A model generated the notes under the pieces. The model saw only the letters and a program-made list of their open reading frames with translations, did not search any database and had not been told where the DNA came from. Shown in pieces: positions 55,331 to 64,000 of a DNA stretch of 64,000 nt. Position 1 is the stretch's first letter. Every line of letters begins with the position of its first letter. The stretch is from contig NC_068993.1 in NCBI RefSeq assembly GCF_001194135.2, positions 1,460,302 to 1,524,301 of the forward strand. The letters run 5' to 3'. A program made the translations under genes and the position numbers. Source of the DNA: Octopus bimaculoides. Lineage: Eukaryota.

Positions 55331-58300
55331 TTATTTCCTTGACTTTACTTGCTGACCACCTCTAACACAAAGTGGTTTGTTGGTTAGGTTAGAACTCAAG
55401 GCAGGGCTTTTAGCAGTTCTTGCTGAATTCTTTTTAGTTTCATTTTTCTTTGGTGGAACCGTCTTAATATTTTTGTCTTTTCCTAAAGATAATTTTGGTG
55501 CCTTTTGACCAAAATTTCTCTGGTTTGTATTATTGGGTTTTAGGGAATTCTCTTTATCCTGTATTTTCAATTGAGGACAGATTTTCTCTGTTTGGTCTTT
55601 ACTCTTTTCAATGGACAATTTTGGTGGCGCTTTGCTAACTCGAGCCTGGTTTGTGTTACGAGGTTTCAACACAGCTTTCGATAATCTGCTGATAAAATTT
55701 CCAAACGAAGACCTTCGGTCAGATTTCTTTGGTTTGTTATCTGGGCTTAACTGGAAAAGAACTGGCATTTCTGGAACAGTGCTCACTTCTTTTTTGGTAA
55801 GGGTATTACTCGGTGTTTCAAGATTAAGACTTTCAAGGGTAAATAAGCTTTCTGGCCGTGCAAGTGGTGCCTTCAGTATCTCACCATTTTTTATTTCACA
55901 TATTTCTTTATATTTGTGCCACTGGTTTTCACCAGAGACAATACTGTCCGTGAAATCGCTTTGGCTTCGCACATGGGTTTTCTTAAAAGGCTTCGATGAA
56001 CTTTCTGAACATGTAGCTTGACTTACTTTGGTAAAAGGTGCTGTGTGAATTTTAAATAGCATTGTCTTGGCTAAATTGGTAAATTAACAAATAATAATAA
56101 TAATAAATAAAATCTTGGAATATTATATAAATTCAATGAACAGATGAAATTCAGACATGAAAATTAACAATTCTAACTATACCTCAACATTAACTGTTAT
56201 AGTAAGATTGAAATCTATTTATAGTATAACCAGGGACCAACCTCATTTCACAGCTACAGTAGCTGCTGCATTAAAACAGAATGGTTGTGGTATAAACCAT
56301 TGGCATGGAGAAGAGGGAAACGAGGGTTGTGATGCTCAAATCTTTTACAAGAACATTAATAATATCAAACATGTGAAATAGCCACAAACAAGGATGTAAA
56401 TCTTAGTCTTGGTTAATTAACTGTTTGTTTTATGTTCATTTTTCTATGCTGACATGGGTCAGATGAATACAAATTACTGAAGTATTGTTTTAAGGCCAGA
56501 TATCCTTCCTGCCTGTCACTACATCATACCTGTTTTACAAGGAAAGAATTAAAAAAAATTCCTTGCATCTTTGAAAGTGGTGAGCTTGCAAACAATTTAT
56601 TGACAGGGGATGCCAACAAACTTTGCTATTTGGAGCTTTGCAGAGAATGTAAACATTCACACACACAAGCTTCTGTACAGATTCCATCTAACAGATTCAC
56701 TCACAAGGAATTAACTAGGCCTAGGACTACAGTAGATGTCACTTGCCCAAGGTGCTGTGCAGTGGATTAGAACCTGCTACCATATGGTCGGAGAAGTGAA
56801 CTTCTTGACCACGCCATATAATTGAAATAAAAATGTTTTACATACCAGAAGAAATTTTGTTTTTCTGTGTAATGCGGAAATCAGTCAATGTTTCGTCAAA
56901 GTCATCTTCGTCTTCTGGGAGTTTTATTTGACTTCCAGCAAAACTGATTCGACTAAAATTCAGATGATGTTTAGAAGCATCACTTCGAGCTGGAGTACTA
57001 ATCAAATTATTAGGTTTTCCAGCAAATTTCTCAAAGTTACCACCATGAACCTCTTGAAGGATTCGATCCATTGGACCTTTCTTGTTCTCCAAAGCAGATG
57101 AACATGCATCTGTGAGTAAACAGAAAGAAATTCAGACAGAAATTCATAGTTTTATAATTTACAAAAATAAAGAGAAAAATCCACGAAAATGGCTAGTTTA
57201 ATTGAGAAACATTTTATCATCATCATCATCATCATTTAACGTCTGTTGTTCCTTCAAGAGAAAACAGGGAATCAATAAATATTTCAAATAGTTATCAGCC
57301 TATAGATTCGAACCTCTTCATAAAATAATTTTGATGCCGACACCGTCTAAATGAAATATTGTATCTTACAAAGAAAACTTTACAGAAATATTATTGCTGT
57401 TAAGCAAAATATCAACAGGAATATCAACTGATGCCAGAATTGAGTGAANNNNNNNNNNNNNNNNNNNNNNNNNNNNNNNNNNNNNNNNNNNNNNNNNNNN
57501 NNNNNNNNNNNNNNNNNNNNNNNNNNNNNNNNNNNNNNNNNNNNNNNNNNNNNNNNNNNNNNNNNNNNNNNNNNNNNNNNNNNNNNNNNNNNNNNNNNNN
57601 NNNNNNNNNNNNNNNNNNNNNNNNNNNNNNNNNNNNNNNNNNNNNNNNNNNNNNNNNNNNNNNNNNNNNNNNNNNNNNNNNNNNNNNNNNNNNNNNNNNN
57701 NNNNNNNNNNNNNNNNNNNNNNNNNNNNNNNNNNNNNNNNNNNNNNNNNNNNNNNNNNNNNNNNNNNNNNNNNNNNNNNNNNNNNNNNNNNNNNNNNNNN
57801 NNNNNNNNNNNNNNNNNNNNNNNNNNNNNNNNNNNNNNNNNNNNNNNNNNNNNNNNNNNNNNNNNNNNNNNNNNNNNNNNNNNNNNNNNNNNNATTTTAT
57901 ATAGAGCTGTTGTTATATTTATGATGTAGGTGTGGACTCTTCAAACTGAAATGAAACCAACACACACAAGGAGAGCAATAGCTGTGAATAAATACTGATA
58001 TGATGTACAGGATACTCTTTATAGACCTGACAAACTCTCCAGTGCTGGTGGCACAATAAACTGCATCCAGTCTCTGCCATAGAATAGTCGGTGATATGAA
58101 GGGCAGCCAATCTACCTCTGACACAACAGAAAATATTGGTTTCAAATTTTGACACAAGGCCAGCAATTTTGTGGGGAGGAGGCAAGTTGATTACATTGAC
58201 CCCAGTGCTCAACTGGTCCTTATTTTATCAACCCCAAGAGGATGAAAGGCCAAGTCAACCTCAGAACATAAAGACAGACAAAATGTCACAAAGTATCTTG

Positions 58301-61300
58301 TCTGGCATGCTAATGATTCTGCCAGCTCACCACCTTTGCAATGGGAAATATTGACAGTTTTTTTCCTATGCTGTACGTCAGATGGTGAAGGAGAACAACA
58401 AATAGCAGAATGCTGTCACACCTGTCCAACCCTTGGCAACAGAGAAAAGTGAATATTAAACGAAGATCAATGCGGATAAATATGTTATAAAAGAAGAATT
58501 GCATTAGAAATCAGAACCCAAGTTGGCCCTGAATGAGTGGATCTATGATCAAAAGCTCTCCACACATGACAATCCCTGTACTACGTTAGCTTATGTGGCC
58601 TTCCTTCCCTTTTAAGATGGTACAGGTGTAATCTTAAGGAGATGTGACTATTATTTCTACAACATGAAATGATCACACAGCTCCAGGAGTCAATCAGAAT
58701 AAATGACAAAGAAAGTTTCACTGAATTGTCAGTTAAATTAAACCCTGAACACCATCTGATGGTATCAAGAGAAATAAGTCAACTTACTCTACCAAATTCA
58801 TTGAAGAACCAGAAAATTGCTACCATTACTTACTGTACGACATTTCTTTACTGCTTCATAGAATTCATGGAGATCTTGGAAGCACTTCTGAAGGCTGAAA
58901 TCATCGACGTTTTCACAGAAGTAACCAGCTACCTTATGAGCCAATGTTCGTAAAAGTCTCAACCGTGTTTGGAGTTCACCAAATAATAATTTCACATCCT
59001 GAAAAATATTCAGGAATTTTTTTTTCTTTTTGATTGAAAAAACATTTTTAGATCAACATAATTAATAGTGGAAAGACAGTGTGTAGCTAAACTGTTTGTT
59101 ATACAAAACTAATTATAATAATAATTACTTGCTTAGGAATAAAGTTAGATTTAATGAGAGGAGGAAGGACAGGACTGATGACCCTTTTTCAGTGTCTGCT
59201 GAGGATGGTGGCAGGAAAGAAGTCAGTTAGTTTGGTCCAAATGCTTGCTCTACTAAAGATACCCAAGTGTCAGATGGTGGTGCTAAATTTGGCTGACAAA
59301 TTAAATGACTTAAAGCAAAACAGCTCCTTGGACAAACGTCCACACAATTTCCATCTACCAAATTTCACTCAGCGACAAGAAAAAAAATTCAATGAAACCT
59401 CAAAACCTCACCTTGATAAAAATACTAAATAAATTGTTCACTTCCTGGTCAGCTTGACTGAGTTCTTTCAGAAACTGCTTTAAACTGTTACTCAATGCCG
59501 TTACTTCATTTCGCGTCTCATCCAAACAACATCTTTACAGGAAAATAAAAATAAAAACATTGGTTGCAATTATTCATTTTTATGGAAATGAAAACAGTTT
59601 GATTTTGAAGTAGAAAAAGAAAAAGATTGCTTACGCTGCAGCTTTCTCCAGAATGTCTGCATCAGCAGTGAACATGAGAACCTGTTCATCGTTTTCTTCA
59701 GCCAATTCCACTAAATGATGAAGTAAGTTGAAATAGCTGAATTCGGTAGCTTTTATTTTGGACACTTCAAGCAGACTTGATAACTTGAAACCATACGCAC
59801 AGCCATAACAGCTTTCCTATAAACCAGAGAACATATAGAAATATGCATCACACATATATAATAGATAAACATACATATACATACACACAGAGGTGAGGTG
59901 TACAAATTTACCCTGTAAACCATATATGTGAGTCGGGGGTCGGATTAATGTTGGATTTTATGTTCAGTTATGATAAAATCAATTTTGCATAAATCTAAAG
60001 GGCTTACTCCACAAATATATCCGACAAGTCAAGTGAGACCAGCCCATTTATGAATACCCCTCATTCATTGGACAATAAACCTTGCTTGTGAAGACCTATT
60101 GAGGCAAGTGAAATCAAAATTCCTGACATGGCTGACGACAATACCGCCTGACTAGCACTCGTACCAGTAAAAGCACATCCGAGCATGATCGTTGCCAGGA
60201 CTACAGATTGGCTCCCGTGCTGGTGACACATGAAAAGCACCATTTGAGCATGATCGTTGCTAGCGTCGCCTTACCAGCACATGTGCCGGTGACATGTGAA
60301 AAACATTTGAGCATGGTCATTGCCAGTGCTGTCAGACTGGCTCCCGTGCAGGTAGCACATAAAAACACCTTTTGAGCATGATCGTTGCCAGAATCGCCTG
60401 ACTGGCCCTTGTGTTGGTGGCACGTAAAAAGCACCCACTACACTCTCGGAGTGGTTGGCGTTAAGGGCATCCAGCTGTAGAAACTTTGCCAGACTAGATT
60501 GGAGCCTGGTACAGCCTTCTGGCTCACCAGTCCTCAGTCAAACCGTCCAACCCATGCCAGCATGGAAAGCGGACGTTAAACAATGATGATGATGACACAT
60601 ATATGTATTCAGAAAATAGAGAAATCAGAAATAGAAAATAAGGAATAAACAAAATATAAAAAGAAAAAATTTGGAAATTATTTACCTGGTTAAGGTAATT
60701 ACCAGCTCCCAAAATTAAATGAAGGAAATCTCTCAAGCCTGCATCTTCTAAGACAGTTTTGCAGGCATCTACCATGCTACGAATACTGGTTCGCAGTTTG
60801 ACAAATTTGATAAGGAATTCTGATTGAAGGAAATGACCTCTCAGTATCAAATGGAAATCGTTGACATCAGATAATTCAACAAGGAACTGTTCAGTTGGGT
60901 GAAGAAGCAATCTTTCACCTTGGTAAGAACGAAGTGCTGCCACCTACAGGAAATACAGTTTAGAATATTTTAAGAACACTGTTTTTTTTTATCTTTGGTC
61001 GACTAATACTTACGATTGTTCTAAATGATTATTTTAATAGAGTAAAATAACTCATTAAGCACAAGACATGGGATTCTAAAAGCAAAAATATATTTGAGAG
61101 CCAATGCTGTTGATAGAAGAATTAGGAAGTTAAGCATAAGTTTTCTCTAAAGTTTTAATTTAAAGAATACGTTATTTCATACTCACTTCTTCTTTAGTTG
61201 GAAGAATCTTGATAAGACTCGACAGAGTGGTCTGAGGTATGCTAGCAACATTGTTCTCTTGTAAAGCTCTGACTAAATCCTCAGCATCATATTCACTTCG

Positions 61301-63773
61301 TGTAAGAAACAGTGTGACATTCATCAAAGTCTGCATTCCGACCAGCTGCCTCGACGAAGATTGATAAAAGAAGAAATGAAGAGATAAATGGGAAACATTT
61401 AACAACAAAAACAAATTGTGTAACTCAAGTGGACACATTAAAGGACTCCAGAAATATTTCTGAGTGGATTATTGAATAACAATTGGTGAACAAGTGTGTG
61501 ATTGATTATTAGTTTCTAATGGATCATCACTGGCTTAATGCATTTCTGATAAGAATGACAAGGGGAGTATCTGTAAGTTGGCACAGAACAAATATCACAA
61601 TGGACTTTATATCAAATGTACCAATCTTTATAGATGTGCATCAGCAAAATGTAAACACACAACTACACACTAACACACATCTGCATACATGACAGGCATC
61701 CGCACCAAACTCTACATGTATGGTATCAATCAGCATACCATTATGAGAGGCAACACTGGCACCAAATACCAGACAGTGAGATCAAAGAGAGAACAATGTT
61801 GTTGCAAAACTTCTAAACCTCACAGATTCACCTGCACTTTATAACGTAATGGAGAGATTTAGTTTAGTCTTACTTACATGGGTATTTTCAACAGGAATAT
61901 TAGAATAAAACAGGTCTTCCATTTTACTAAAATTTGGTATAATTGGTAGAAAGTCATTACTGGATCTCCAGATGCAATTATCTGATTTCTCTGTAAAAAA
62001 GAAAAAGAAAAAAAAATCAATAATAAATTATAATATTTGTATAAACCATAGGAAGGTCATGTAGCCATAGAAACCATGCCAAATCAGACTGGAGTCTGGG
62101 ACAGACCTTCAGCTTACCAGTGCTAGACAAACTATCAAATCCATACCAGCATGGACAATGGACGTTAAATGATGATGATGATGACTTTAGAAATTTATAT
62201 AATAGTCTAAATCCTCAACTGGATGAAGTATATTACTTAAGTATGATAGAGAGGCCAGGAGCCAAGTGTCTTTACTGAAGAAGTGAATACATAGAGAAGC
62301 CAAAGTGCAAGGTGAATATGAAAGAAAACAGGAAGAAAATGGGTGGGTAAGTTAGTAAGAAATAATAATTTTGTACCGATTTCTTTTGGTGTTATTTTCG
62401 ACCAATGGATTTTCTTCAATTTCTTTGATGGTGTGAAACACATCCATAATAAAAGTTTGTCACAATTAGTGTCAAACAGATTCTTTTCAGTTCCAAATGG
62501 GTATTTAATTACAGGGGCAGCATTTCCTTCTTGACTATCACTGCTTCCTTCACAAAGAGAATTAATAAAATTATCTTCCTTCAGAATGTCAAGATCTTTG
62601 TCGTACACTTTCTTACACTTCTGACCGTCTGTCCAGACTGGTTTCTCTCCCGATTGAATTTTGGGAATAAGGTTTTCAATCAGCTGCCATTTCTCTGAAC
62701 TAAAGACAACAAAATAATAATAATTAATAAAGATATTTTAATGAACAAAAGGTTTACCTATAAATAACTTCTAAAGAAAAACAAGAAACTAAAAGTATTT
62801 ATTTAGAAAAAACCTTTTGTGAGGGGTGGGGGGAGGGCAGGCAGTACCCATGATTTTTTACATGGTTCCCAGGATTGGCTTTGGTGGGAGGTTGAGAAGG
62901 AGGTATCCTTAAACTGGAAACCTGCCTCAAATGCTTGCAACAAAATGGGGTCCACTAAAGGAACCTCCAAGGTGCCTGGTGGTGATGGTGTTAACCTGAC
63001 AATGGTGTCTACGACTGATGGAAAGTAGTTCTTTGTGGATATTTATCAAAACTGCCATTCTTTTACTTGTTACAGTCCTAACAGTGTGGCTAAACTGCAG
63101 CACTTCTTTCAAGAATCTATTTGGTTACATAAACACCTTGGTACATCACTAATATTACCAACTTTAGCATGTAAATAAATATTAGCTAATACTCAAGATA
63201 TTTTGTCCAAGACAATACCAATTCTAACAGCCACCCAAGAGAATAAACAACATTTAACCTAAGATGGAATAATTCTAAACCATTAACAGCTCATCTTACA
63301 GAAATGGAAGGAAATGGTTTGTGGTTATCTCCCTTCAATGACACGAAATATATAAATGCAAACCAGAGGGAGTCTGGTTCTCTGCATTCTGGGTTCAAAT
63401 TCTGTCATGGCTTACTTTGGCGGTAGACTTCATCTCCAGCCCAGTTTAACATTACCATTTCCTAACTCTTTGGTGCCTCCAGCAGAGTTCATTTCATCTC
63501 CTAACTATTTAGTACCTCTAGCAAGAATTCATTCTGTTGCAAGTATTCAGACCAGGTCTCCCTTCCTCTCACCAATCTCAGGGACCCAGAAGGGAGCAAT
63601 GGGCAGGGCCCTTCATTCTAATTGAGCAATAAATAAAAGAATATTCAATGAATTAACACATGGGGCAAAGTAAAAAATTTTCTTTACTTTTCTTCGTTTT
63701 CACTGTTGTATTCAAGGGAGAGTAAATCTTGTAAAATGTGCAGAAACGATACATATTTCGGTGTTCCCAGAGT
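55331..63773 (-). CDS. Formin, INF2/FHDC1-like (FH3-FH2-long C-tail), 5'-partial; exons 63773-63688, 62699-62377, 61990-61878, 61345-61187, 60943-60686, 59816-59635, 59532-59412, 58998-58834, [one exon unseen], 57109-56846, 56040-55331
   Basis: FH3-like SFLHILQDLLSL...KWQLIENL. FH2 lasso KKLKKIHWSKI...CIW...MEDLF, NVTLFL, LILGAGNYLN, AYGFKLSSL, NLLHHLVE, YFCEN...F. After FH2, a DAD/WH2-like MDRILQEVHGGNF. All visible junctions are GT-AG and phase-consistent except across the N gap 57449-57893. Confidence 0.92.
60030..60594 (+). mobile_element. Composite SINE with four internal ~63-66 bp tandem units, in a formin intron
   Basis: GAGCATGATCGTTGCCAG...GGCTCCCGTGC.GGTG.CAC...AAAAGCACC units start at about 60180, 60246, 60309 and 60374. 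The 3' end is CCAGCATGGAAAGCGGACGTTAAAC(AATG/GATG)n. The 5' boundary is approximate. Confidence 0.75.
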
Positions 63774-64000
63774 CTGGAAAATGAAAACAAACATCAGAGA
63801 AAGTATTTAATTTCTTCAATATATCATTCAGCAATGAAGCTAACAAACTAAATTCATTACTTCAGTAACATTAAAAGAGTTAATGAGCAGAGAGAGAGAG
63901 AGTGTGTGTATGTGCATGTGTGTTTCCATTTGTGCTTCTCTGAAAACCACTCAGATACAGAGAATGGTAATGTTACTTTTGTTTTTTTCTTTTCAATAGG

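Noticed and set aside
55611-56021. 136-aa plus-strand ORF
   Set aside because: Antisense shadow of the formin terminal exon.
62815-63115. Proline-containing frames (LTPSPPG...LPALPPPLTK) as a possible formin FH1 exon
   Set aside because: It lies upstream of the FH3 tail, the open frame ends in phase 1 where phase 2 is required, and the flanking exons already join cleanly.

Overview
AT-rich, microsatellite- and repeat-dense eukaryotic genomic DNA with many N gaps. The SINE/MITE families and microsatellite density suggest an octopus (coleoid cephalopod) genome; this is inference. Four intron-containing genes can be assembled by hand with consistent splice phases: (1) a DUSP23-like dual-specificity phosphatase (minus, 8949-5089; catalytic exon not visible); (2) TFB1M, the mitochondrial 12S rRNA dimethyladenosine transferase (plus, 32825-36517, complete, 338 aa); (3) an FBXL12-like F-box/LRR gene (minus, 41540-38229, complete, 302 aa), convergent with TFB1M; (4) an INF2/FHDC1-like formin (minus, from beyond 63773 to 55331). 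The formin is the most interesting feature: the FH3 tail and the FH2 start lie in one exon with no polyproline FH1 between them. Two further, unrecognised spliced units are suggested by phase-consistent small exons (minus 19583-12754; plus about 50188-54604). The rest is decayed mobile DNA: Tx1, Penelope, RTE, R4/Dong-like, mariner, several SINE families, and TTAA- and hAT-type MITEs. No rRNA, tRNA or CRISPR features are supportable. All protein family calls come from motif recall, not database searches.
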